Under the pieces are notes generated by a model. It had not been told where the DNA came from. It did not search any database and was given only the letters and a program-made list of their open reading frames with translations. The position numbers and the translations under genes were made by a program. This document shows, piece after piece, positions 35,133 through 46,100 of a stretch of DNA of 64,000 nt; within the stretch, counting starts at the first letter, position 1, and each line of letters begins with the position of its first letter. This DNA comes from Malacoraja senta (lineage: Eukaryota): contig JAXLNO010001237.1 of NCBI GenBank assembly GCA_038087875.1, forward strand, positions 124,001 through 188,000, in the 5' to 3' direction.

Positions 35133-38100
35133 CACTCAGGCTAAAGAATGGATGAAATGCTATACTTAGAAATGTACGAATATATCTCGAATGAAGTTTT
35201 TTATTTTAATAAATTTTTCCATTCTTCTTTAACTATATTTTTCCTTTTTTTGTTTTGTTTTTTTGTTTTGTTTTTTGTTTTTGTTTTTGGTTTTTTTTTT
35301 TGTTTTTCTTCTCTTTCTTTTCTTTCTTTACTTCATCTATCTCTTTAGTTCTATTTAGTTTAAAAAAAAAAAAAAAGGCAAAAGGTATTGGAGACAATGT
35401 AATAATAATTGACAATATTATCAATTTAAAAATGTAAGACTGTAATGATGTAAATAGGTTGTGTACTTATCTCCAATAAAAAATATTTTCAAAAAAAACA
35501 ACAACAAAAAACAATCTTCCTGATATAGTAGTGGCCAGAGGATCTGGGGTGACGGAGGAACTGAAGGAAATCCACATTAGGCAGGAAATGGTGTTGGATA
35601 GACTGATGGGACTGAAGGCTGATAAATCCCCAGGCCCTGATGGTCTGCATCCCAGGGTACTTAAGGAAGTGGCTCTAGAAATCGTGGATGCATTTGTGAT
35701 AATTTTCCAATGTTCTATAGACTCAGGATCAGTTCCTGTGGATTGGAGGATAGCTAATGTTATCCCACTTTTTAAGAAAGGCATGACAGAGAAAACAGGG
35801 AATTATAGACCAGTTAGCCTGACATCAGTGGTGGGGAAGGTGCTGTAGTCAATTATAAAAGATGAGATAGCCGAACATTTAGAGAGCAGTAACAGGATCG
35901 GTCCGAGTCAGCATGGATTTACGAAGGGGAAATCATGCTTGACTAATCTTTTTGGAATTTTTTGAAGATGTAACTAGGAAAATGGACAAGTGAGAGCCAG
36001 TGGATGTAGTGTACCTGGACTTTCAGAAAGCATTTGATGAGGTCCCACATAGGAGATTAGTGGGCAAAATTAGGGCACATGGTATTGGGGGTAGAGTGCT
36101 GACATGGATAGAGAAGTGGTTGGCAGACAGGAAACAATGAGTAGGGATTAACGGGTCCCTTTCAGAATGGCAGGCAGTGACTAGTGGGGTACCACAAGGC
36201 TCGGTGCTGGGACCGCAGCTATTTACAATATACATTAATGATTTGGATGATGGGATTCAAAGTAATATTAGCAAATTTGCAGATGACACAAAGCTTGGTG
36301 GCAGTGTGAACTGTGAGGAGGATGCTATTAGAATGCAGGGTGACTTGGACAGGTTGGGGGAGTGGGCAGATGCATGGCAGATGAAGTTTAATGCGGATAA
36401 ATGTGAGGTTATCCACTTTGGTAGCAAAAACAAGAAGGCAGATTACTATCTAAATTGCGTCAAGTTGGGAAAAGGGGAAGGACAACGGGATCTGGGGGTC
36501 CTTGTACATCAGTCTATGAAAGTAAGCATGCAGGTACAGCAGGCAGTGAAGAAAGCGAATGGCATGTTGTCCTTTATAACAAGAGGAATCGAATGAAGGA
36601 GCAAAGAGGTCCTTCTGCAGTTGTACAGAGCCCTAGTGAGACTCCACCTGGAGTATTGTGTGCAGTTTTGGTCCCCTAATTTGAGGAAGGACATTCTTGC
36701 TATTGAGGGAGTGCTGCGTAGGTTTACAAGGTTAATTCCCGGGATGGCGGGACTGTCATATGCTGAGAGAATGGAGCAGCTGGGCTTGTAGACTCTGGAG
36801 TTTAGAAGGATGAGAGGGAATCTCATTGAAACATGTAAGATTGTTAAGTGTTTGGACACGCTTGAGGCAGGAAACATGTCTCCCCCATTCCCCCCATGTT
36901 GGGGGAATCCAGAACCAGATGCCACAGTTTAAGAATAAGGAGTAAGCCATTTAGAACGGAGATGAGGAAACACTTTTTCTCACAGAGAGTGGTGAGTCTG
37001 TGGAATTCTCTGCCTCAGAGGGCGGTGGAGGCAGGTTCTCTGGATGCTTTCAAGAGAGAGCTAGATAGGGCTCTTAAAAATAGCGGAGTCAGGGGATATG
37101 GGGAGAAGGCAGGAACGGGGTACTGATTGGGGATGATCAGCCATGATCACATTGAATGGCGCTGCTGACTCGAAGGGCCGAATGGCCTACTCATGCACCT
37201 ATTGTTTATTCCCCCCCCCGTTCTCTCCCCTGCTCCCCCCCCCCTCTCCGTGCTCTCTAAAGGACTTACCGTTACTGTGCCAGCCATCTTTTACCTTCCT
37301 GTTCATCACGGCTGTGAATTTCAGACAGCGCTCCCCCGCTTTCCCTGGCCACCGCCTTTGCGATGTGTTTGTGTGCGTGTATGTGTGTGCGGTCGGTCGA
37401 TCTGGCTCGCGGTTTCATCGCTGACGGTCGAACCAGCTCGAGGTTTTTCAGGCGAGTGCCCTCGAGCTTGAAGGTCGAAGACAGTCACTGAAAAGTGGCG
37501 TTAGTGGGGCAGGCCCTATACTATCAGACTAAATACTGATATGGCACTGAGATCAGAAGAAATTGGGACTGTGTTGAAAGGGACTGCAGCAGGTGGTACC
37601 AACAACATCAACTGCCGTGAAGAGGATAAATCTGATTGCCTGTAAATGGATCAGAGAACCAAGAAAGCACAATGGGGCTATTGACCCGCTTTTTTTATTC
37701 TGGGGTTGGACCATATGGACTGGACTTGGGGAAATAATTTGTTTATTATGAGTTTTGAAATTGCCCTTCGTGATAATAAGTGTATGCTGGCTGTGTACGC
37801 ACATCCCATATAATGGTGGAGGAGAAATACCCCTCTTGACAAAACCCCTTAACCTACTGAGATTCTGGCCTTACACTGTTTTTGCAATAAAACAGCAACT
37901 AATGGGTGCCTTCAGAATGGCAAACTCAAGGACCCATATTTTAAGCCAGGATGGAAGGTAAATGAGACCAGGATTTGGGAAATACCATGGCTTAAATTAG
38001 TGAATTGCCCCAGAGCCCAGTTAATACTATCTGTTATTGTGACAAAAGAAGCGACGGAGTAAATTGAGGAACAGCACCTGCACCAAGGTTAGTGCTAGTG

Positions 38101-38520
38101 ACCGCTGAGTCCAATAAATGGGACATATTTTGTATGTGGATTCTGGGCATACCCATGGTTACCTGGTATGTACCGGGGGTTAAGAAGAACTGGGAAAGGT
38201 TGATCAGGCCAACCAACAACTGAAGGGGATGCTGTTATTTGGCCTTTGTTGTCCCTCACGTGTGAGTTGTGTAACATCTAACTGAATTGTATATTCCTGA
38301 TGAGGGCTAAGTGAAGTATATCAGAGTCAGAGCAATTCTGGATGATTGCTTTCCCACTTTACAGGACAGCCTGTCTATCACGGGAATTGATTAATATGAC
38401 CTCTGTATTGGAGAAATTGGTTAATGAAACTGTGAATGCCTTTACCTACAAGCAAAAGGCCCTCTCATCCATGATGGCTGAAATGGGTTGCACTTTGCTC
38501 TATAGCCCTATAGGACAATA

Positions 38521-38802
38521 GGAGGGACTTGTGCTATTATAGGGGACGAATGCTGCACTTACATTCCCGATGAATCCTCGAACATTACAGATTTAGCAGC
38601 ACATATCACCAGAGAAATAAAGACGATTACAGAGGTAGGGGAAGAGATGGATAATAAAGGTGGAGAATGGTGGCCATTTAGTATGTTTGGAGGAATATGG
38701 GGAATGCTAATTCACTATGGATTTATTGTACTACTGATTGTTGTATTAATCTATGTACTGAAATGTCTGAAGCCTTTACTGTGTACCAACCAAGGACTGT
38801 AG
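38521..38802 (+). pseudogene. ERV env transmembrane-subunit remnant
   Basis: GGTCAIIGDECCTYIPDESSNITDLAAHITREIK...WWPFSMFGGIWGMLIHYGFIVLLIVVLIYVLKCLK has the gamma-type CX6CC motif and a TM anchor. The upstream frame is broken. Confidence 0.8.
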
Positions 38803-38833
38803 TGTTATGGTTAAAATCGATAATAGAAGGGAA

Positions 38834-40466
38834 TAAAAAGATTCTAGTTAATAATAAATTATAATGTAAGGTATTTTATTAAGTAAAGATTAATTTGACT
38901 TCTTTGGGTTTTGAGTAAACTGAAGGTTTGTAATTCTCAGCTGTAGAAGAGCTGGGTGATCAGGAAATTGGAGGCCAGCATTCAAACTGCATTCAAGCTG
39001 CTTCCTGTTTTGCCCAAGCAAAAAAACATTTCAATGGTGGGAGAGGATGTACTTCCTGAGAAGGTGCTGGCTTCTGAAAACAGAAGCCTTGAGAGAGGAT
39101 GTGTTTCCTTTGGAGTTGGTAGTTTCTATAAACAGAAGCCTTCTGGTTGGTAGCTGACAATCGAAGATTACATTGTTAAGACGGAATTGTAAATGTTGTG
39201 CTTCTTGAATAAGTTCCTGTTTCGATGTTTGTGATCAACAGTTTATGATTGATAGAAGCACAGGATGACAAGAGTGGCAAGAATTCTTTGAATGGGTAGA
39301 GCTGTGATTGATTTGTATTAAACGTCATTGGTGTATAAACATAGAAACATAGAAAATAGGTGCAGGAGGAGGCCATTTGGCCCTTCGAGCCAGCACTGCC
39401 ATTCATTGTGATCATGGCTGATCGTCCCCTATAAATAACCAGGGCCTGCCTTCTCCCCATATCCCTCGACTCCACTAGCCCCTAGAGCTCTATCTAACTC
39501 TCTCTTAAATCCATCCAGTGATTTGGCCTCCACTGCCCTTTGTGGCAGGGAATTCCATAAGTTCACAACTCTCTGGGTGAAAAAGTCTTAAATGACCTCC
39601 CCTTTATTCTAAGACTGTGGCCCCTGGTTCTGGACTCGCCCAACATTGGGAACATTTTTCCTGCATCTAGCTTGTCCAGTCCTTTTATAATTTTATATGT
39701 TTCTATAAGATCCCCCCTCATCCTTCTAAACTCCAGTAAATACAAGCCTAGTCACGGGATTGATCCCAGGGATCAATCTCGTGAACCTACGCTGCACTGC
39801 CTCAATCATAAGGATGTCCTTCCTCAAATTAGGAGACCAAAACTGTACACAATATTCCAGATGTGGTCTCACCAGAGCCCTACACAACTGCAGAAGAACC
39901 TCTTTACTCCTATACTGACATCCTCTTGTTATGAAGGCCAACATTCCATTAGCTTTCTTCACTGCCTGCTGTACCTGCACGCCAACTTTCAGTGACCGGT
40001 GTACAAGGACACCCAGGTGTCGCTGTACCTCCCCCTTACCTAACCTAACCACATTGAGATAATAATCTGCCCCCTTGTTTTTGCCGCCAAAGAGGATAAC
40101 CTCACATTTATCTACATTATACTGCATCTACCACACATCTGCCCACGTACTTAACCTGTCCAGGTCACCCTGCAACCTCCTAACATCCTCTTCACAGTTC
40201 ACACTTTGTGCCAGCTTTGTGTCATCCGCAAACTTGCCAGTGTTGCTCCTAAACATGTGACTATATCTCCAAAATACTATAAAAATATGCTGTTTATGAT
40301 GCTGTATTCCTTTGTTGATTAGAGTGATGGCCCAGGATGGTTAAGTATATGTTGGATACTTGACTTTATATCCCTTGGCACTCTCACCGGCTAAATGATC
40401 AGTAAAGCTTGTGTTGGTTTGTCTAACATATTGTGAGTTGTCTGTTTTAAGAAATAAACCTTAGCA
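38834..40466 (+). repeat. ERV 3' LTR interrupted by a CR1 (39343-40249, minus strand)
   Basis: LTR homology stops at gtataaacat and resumes at aaacatgtgac. TAAACAT is duplicated around the CR1. Confidence 0.88.
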
Positions 40467-41036
40467 CCCTGGCCTTGGCACCAGCGACAGTGTTGTTGCC
40501 TCTGCTCTGTGAGTGGTACAAGTATCAGTGGTCATCGGTCGGCGGGACTGGGAACCCGTCAAAAGGCTCATCGGTTGGCATGACCGGGAGAAAGCTGGAG
40601 ACTTCAGACACAAGGAGCAAGGGCCGGTGCGAGGTTGAACCAGGGAAATGTCTCCAGCACCTTCAGATAGGCTGCTGGAGGCACCCCGGAACACAAAGAT
40701 GGCTGGGCAAGGAGAAGGGAGGGACGTCAGTTCGTGGGATGACTGGACGTTGCACTTTGAATAATGGTGGCAAAACATCACGGCGCCAGCATGTGTAAAA
40801 TGCAAAAAGAATTTCACTGTACAGTTGCATATGTTACAATTAAAGAACTATTGAGCCATTGCAATAAGGAGGCAGCATTGGTTAATCTAAAGCCATGACA
40901 AGTTGTAGTCCTGCTCTCCTGTACCTTAAGCTCCAGTATGATCTCTTTAATCTTTCAGTACATGTGCCTATTTAAGGGAAGTGAATTACACATAGTTACA
41001 CATAGGTGAATAAAAACAAATATAATTTGTACTCAC

Positions 41037-41381
41037 TGGTTATTTTGAGCTGGGTTCCATTCCCTCTGATGTCTCCCCACACTGTGCAGTAATAGACGGC
41101 AGAGTCATTGAGCATCACGTTTGTGACCGTCAGGATGAAGCTGCTGTTGGAGGCGTCTTTGAACAGCTGGAACCGCTCAGTGAAGCCTGGTCTCCTTCGT
41201 ACGCTGCCTCCTGCCTCGTGTGTTAAAACCCACTCCATGTCCTGCCCGGGTAGTTCACGGTACCAGTGGACGTCAGTGTTTCCCACTTCAGCGTTCTCCA
41301 TGGAGCACCATAACCGTGCCATGTGACCCTCAGTGACACGCTCCAGCCTCGGGAATTGGATCAGGATCGGAGGATTTGCAA
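41037..41381 (-). CDS. Ig V-set exon 2 with germline-joined J-like segment
   Basis: Acceptor ttttcccttccaag|TT, donor ACCA|gtgagt, 345 nt, phase 1-1, open frame. ANPPILIQFPRLERVTEGHMARLWCSMENAEVGNTDVHWYRELPGQDMEWVL...ERFQLFKDASNSSFILTVTNVMLNDSAVYYCTVWGDIRGNGTQLKIT. No separate leader seen between V1 and V2. Confidence 0.93.
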
Positions 41382-42300
41382 CTTGGAAGGGAAAATATCA
41401 ATAGATGAACACTAATGTTGGGGTTGCTAAATACTTTGTGTGTTTCAACTTAAAATACATTCATCCTTTGACATTAGATAACCTCATGTAAAAGTGATGC
41501 TAACTTGGTTAGCATCTGATATTAAATTCATGATTGCTGCTGATTGCAACTTTCTCCCTGTTCACGATTATCTTTCACTCTCTCTCTCTATCTCTATCTA
41601 TCTCTCCAGTGTTGGGTGGTGTTGCCTCACAATGAGGATTTCATTTTTCATTTAGCTTTGTTTAGTCGTATATTTAGTCCTTTGTTGCTCTCTACACAGA
41701 GATAAGCAGATCTCTGTATATTGGAGGAACAAGAGGGTATGGAAATAGTACAGAGATCATTGAGGTGGTAATGTTTAGTTTACTTTATTGTAGAGATCCA
41801 GCATGGAAACAGGTCCTTCAGTCCACTGAGCCCATGCTGACTATCGAGTAATTGATCTCAGTGTGGCAGATGGTGCAACTAATAGTGACTGTGCATAATC
41901 TGTGAATGGCTCGATTGTAATCAGGTATTGTCTTTCCGCTGACTGGTTAGCAGGCAACAAAAGCTTTTCACTGTACCTCGGTAGACATGACAATAAAGTA
42001 AACTCAAGCAAAGTGATTATAAATGAAGGAACTAACCTACCTATACTGTAATTTCTTTACATTAATCTGTTCACACTATGTATACGTCTCTGGCAATGCC
42101 GAATTACATTCTCCATCCTGGTCTCAGAACGCAGTGACGAGTGATCTGCATTATTCAGTTTAAAAATAATTGTGTCCTATTTTCATTCTCCATTTTGCAG
42201 TGTGAACTTCTAATGATGTCTGTCTCTGTAAAACTGACAACATGACATCATGATTCCTCATGATATTAGGATTGGAAATAGAACCAATTTAAATACTCAC

Positions 42301-42651
42301 TGGTTACATTCAGCTGGGTTCCATTTCCAAATAATATCTCCCAAAGGCCACAGATGTAATTAGCAGAGTCGGCAATCTCCACCTCTCTGATGGTCAGTGA
42401 GTAGCTGTTACTGGCGTCGTCCCTGGAAAGCTGAAACCGCTTGGAGAAGCGCGGTGACCTGTAAGTGCGGCCATTCACATAAAGACTAAGTATTGTTTTT
42501 CTATTATATGAATTGTACCAGTGAACGTTGAATATGTTCACAGTGTTAAGCACATTGGTGCTGGTCAGGACACACCGTATCTCCACTGTTTCACCTTCAC
42601 GCACCACCAGAGCTCCTGGGGATTGGATCAGGGATGTGTTTGCCTTTAGAC
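42301..42651 (-). CDS. Ig V-set exon 1 with germline-joined J-like segment
   Basis: Acceptor ttacccacag|GT, donor ACCA|gtgagt, 351 nt, phase 1-1, open frame. LKANTSLIQSPGALVVREGETVEIRC...VHWY...RFQLSRDDASNSYSLTIREVEIADSANYICGLWEILFGNGTQLNVT has both canonical Cys, the C-strand Trp, D-x-A-x-Y-x-C and FGxGT. Confidence 0.93.
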
Positions 42652-42834
42652 CTGTGGGTAATAACAACCAAAGATCAGAACAGATGATAACCGCAAAAAT
42701 AATTTGAAACGAAAGGCAGCATGAAAGCTCTTGGATATTTATGAATGTTCTGCACATGTATCCTCAATTTGTAAACTCTTTTGTTTTCTCCTGAGCTTCG
42801 CTCTTTCATTCTGCACTGAAATGACAAACAATAC

Positions 42835-42898
42835 CTTTGGTAAAAGCAACAGTTCAAAAGTACAAACACTGAATATCAAAGGTTAAATCCTGCTCCAT
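42835..42898 (-). CDS. Probable leader (signal peptide) exon of the VJ-VJ receptor, with in-frame TGA at 42854-42856
   Basis: ATG at 42898 reads MEQDLTFDIQCLYF*TVAFTK-G and ends AAAG|gtattg in phase 1, 183 nt upstream of the V1 acceptor. The paralogous segment near 53.5 kb aligns without indels over 63 nt with mostly synonymous or conservative changes, and has TGT (Cys) where this copy has TGA. Confidence 0.6.
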
Positions 42899-44679
42899 GT
42901 AAGTGCTTGTTGACTGTACAAAGTGTGTTAAACTGAGCAGTAAATCAGGAACAAAGCTGGCAGTTCGAGTAACATTCATTTAGTATATGTAAGATTCTGT
43001 TGCAGAGTTAGATAGACTAAGGAAATTCAGCATGCTTCCAACAACTCTTACCAATGACTACACATGGACCACATAAAGCATCCTATTGATTACATCACAG
43101 CCTAGTTTGGCAATAACTCTACCCTACACCCCACGCTGCCTCGGGTAAGCAACCAACATAGTGAAAGACCATTCACTCCCATGTTTTGTATCTTCGGGCA
43201 GAAGATACAAAACTTCACAGCATCTGGCAGCAGTTTTACGATACGATACGATAACATTTTATTCATCCCCGGAGGGAAATTGGTCTGCCACAGTCACAAC
43301 ACACAAGGTACACAAATACTTGAAATTTAAAGTGAAAAAAAAGAAAAAGCCAAGCAACTGTTGGCTGGCTGCCGTGTGCACAGCGCCTTAACCAGAACGA
43401 ACGAACAAACAAAACAAACAAACGCAGAAGAGGATTCTAAAACTAGAGTTCCCCCGCACACCAGTTCCCACATTGTTCTCCCACCGTCCCTCACGGCAGT
43501 CCCCCCCCATGCCGGGTCCCCATTGTTCTTTGCAACAGCCCTCACTTTCCTTGGCTCCTACTCTTTCCCTGGTTACCCTCTTACTCTAATACAATTGTTG
43601 AATCTTTGGGATTCTTCTTAATTTTGACTGCCAAATGCTTTACTTCATCAAATGTGGGTGCCACGTTTGTGCATGAAGACTGCTGCCTCACAGAGCCAGA
43701 GACCCGGCTTCAATCCTGATCTCAGGTGCTGTCTGTGTGGCGTTTGCATGTTCTCCCTGTGTGACCACATGGGTTTCCACCGGGTGCACCGGTTTCCTCC
43801 CACATACCAAAGACACGTGAGTTTGTAGGTTAGTTGGCCTCTGTAAATTGCCTCTATTATGTACGGTGGATGAGAAGTGAGATAACATAGAACTAATGTG
43901 AACGGGTAATCGATGGTCGGCATGGGCTCCGTGTTCCAAAGTGCCTGTTTCCATGCTGTATCACTACATGACTGAACTAAACTAAACTAAATCCTCAACG
44001 CCTCTGGTCGCTTTGTGTTCCCTGATCCTACTATCCTTACTTTTCACTTCTCCAGGAACGTTAGCTCTGAAACTACACAAATCTCACTATTAGAAGACTC
44101 CCACTATTTGTATGTTGTTCTACCTACAACCAAATGCTCCCAATCTACTTCCGCCAGGTGATGTCTTATTGAAATCGGGCAATTTCTTATTGAAATTGGT
44201 GTGGAGGACATTGTCCTCCGCACCAATTTTCTCCCTTTCCATAACAGTCTTGAAACTTAAAGCAAAATAATATCAATAAAATAACAACAATAAAATAACA
44301 CCAGCAAAATAACACCAATAAAAAGATACATTGTTAAAAAGAAAAATTCCTGGAAGAACTCAGCTTGTCAGGCAGCATATGTGGACCAGTCTGGACCCCA
44401 AACTTCAACTGTCCATTTCCCTTACCAGTGGTTCCCTGATCTGCCACGTTCCTCCTGCATTTTGTTTATTGCTCCACATTCCAGTATCTGCCATCTCTTG
44501 TGTCTCCATGCTCCAGGGACACTGCTACCATTAGCCCAGCCTTATTGCCCAAGATTAGGTCCAGTACAGCTAATAGGACTATCTACACATTGGCTGATCT
44601 CTCCCGGGTGCACTTTATTAATTCTTCCCCATTAAAACCCTTTGCAATATGCACTTTCAGTCAATATTGGAGAAGTATC

Positions 44680-46100
44680 ATGCTTTTCTAATCTTCTGGA
44701 ATTTTTTGAAGATGTAACTAGGGAAATGGACAAGGGAGAGCCAGTGGATGTAATGTACCTGGACTTTCAGAAAGCATTTGATAAGGTCCCACATAGGAGA
44801 TTAGTGGGCAAAATAAGGGAACATGGTATTGGGGGTAGAGTGCTGACATGGATAGAGAAGTGGTTGGCAGACAGGAGTAGGAATTAACGGGTCGCTTTCA
44901 GAATGGCAGGCAGTGACTAGTGGAGTACTGCAAGGCTCGGTGCTGGGACCGCAGCTATTTACAATATACATCAATGATTTGGATGAAGGGATTCAAAGTA
45001 ACTTTAGAAAATTTGCAGATGACACAAAGCTGGGTGGCAGTGTGAACTGTGAGGAGGATGCTATGAGAATGCAGGGTGACTTGGACAGGTTGGGGGAGTG
45101 GGCAGATGCATGGCAGATGAAGTTTAATGCGGATAAATGTTAGGTTATCCACTTTGGTTACAAAAACAGGAAGGCAGATTTCTAAATGGCGTCAAGTGGG
45201 AAAAGGGGAAGTACAACGGGATCAGGGGGTCCTTGTTCATCAGTCTATGGACGTAAGTATGCAGGTACAGCAGGCAGTGAAGAAAGCGAATGGCATGTTG
45301 GCCTTTATAACAAGAGGAATCGAATATAGGATCAAAGAGGTCCTTCTTCAGTTGAACAGCGCCCTAGTGAGACCACACCTGGAATATTGTGTGCAGTTAG
45401 TGTTTCGTCGTCTCCGTTCTAAATGGCTTACTCCTTATTCTTAAACTGTGGCCCCTGGTTCTGGACTCCCCCAAAATCGGGAACATGTTTCCTGCCTCTA
45501 GCGTGTCCAAACCCTTATCAAACACTTAACCCTTAACCCCTAAAATTCCCCTAATTTGAGGAAGGACATTCTTGCTATTGAGGGAGTGCAGCATAGGTTT
45601 ACAAGGTTAATTCCAGGGATGGCGGGACTGTCGTATGCTGAGAGAATGGGCTTGTACACTATGGAGCTGGGCTTGTACACTATGGAGTTTAGAAGGATGA
45701 GAGGGTATCTCATTGAAACATATAAGATTGTTAACGGTTTGGACACGCTAGAGGCAGGAAACATGTTCCCAATTTTGGGGGAGTCCAGAACCCGGGGCCA
45801 CAGTTTAAGAATAAGGAGTAAGCCATTTAGAACGGAGACGACAAAACACTTTTTCTCACAGAGAGTGGTGCGTCTGTGGAATTCTCTGCCTCAGAGGGCG
45901 GTGGAGGCAGGGTCTCTGGATGCTTTCAAGAGAGAGCTAGATAGGGCTCTTAAAAATAGCGGAGTCAGGGGATATGGGGAGAAGGCAGGAACGGGGTACT
46001 GATTGGGGATGATCAGCCATGATCACATTGAATGGCGGTGCTGGCTCGAACGGCCGAATGGCCTACTCCTGCACCTATTGTCTATTGTCTGTTGTCTATT
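44680..46100 (+). mobile_element. CR1 fragment with internal inverted duplication
   Basis: RT and 3'-end motifs. About 45400-45525 is the reverse complement of about 45735-45860. Confidence 0.85.

Larger units (their letters stand above)
29144..35508 (+). mobile_element. Full-length L1-clade LINE with 15-bp TSD
   Basis: TSD AAACAATCTTCCTGA at 29129-29143 and 35509-35523, AATAAA plus A-rich tail, two ORFs and a spacer of about 1 kb. Confidence 0.95.
27060..37205 (+). mobile_element. Near full-length CR1 LINE (ORF1 esterase, ORF2 APE-RT), split by L1 at 29144-35508
   Basis: VVGDPIVRGVDKRFCG (SGNH-like ORF1), NARSIRNK / GITETWL (APE), PQGSVLGP / KFADDTK (RT) and a conserved 3' end. Several frameshifts. 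Confidence 0.9.
26878..37516. mobile_element. Kolobok-like MITE ends bracketing the nested CR1/L1 inside ERV pol
   Basis: TIR GGGCCTGTCCCTCT ... AGTGGGGCAGGCCC with TTAA/TATA flanks. Integrase C-terminal sequence (QQVVPTTSTAVK) resumes after 37520. Confidence 0.6.
21461..40466 (+). mobile_element. Degenerate endogenous retrovirus (gamma/epsilon-like) with nested insertions
   Basis: Paired LTRs, 4-bp TSD CCCT on both sides, PBS after the 5' LTR and a purine tract before the 3' LTR. Gag-like ATGGGTAAC at 22716, integrase motif IDQGKRFTG at 26471, env TM remnant at 38521. Confidence 0.88.

Noticed and set aside
17506-42757. A rearranging Ig or TCR cluster (including NAR-TCR with its tandem V domains)
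   Set aside because: V and J are in one exon, no heptamer-12/23-nonamer pairs flank them, no D, separate J or C1 exon was found, and the TM lacks the charged residues of TCR chains.
42652-42757. Taking the ORF-track N-terminus MCRTFINIQ... as the certain start
   Set aside because: It runs through a good splice acceptor, and the paralog comparison supports a separate upstream leader exon. Kept only as a possible rescue.
42854-42856. TGA as selenocysteine
   Set aside because: It lies in a signal peptide, no SECIS was recognised, and simple nonsense mutation or error is far more likely.
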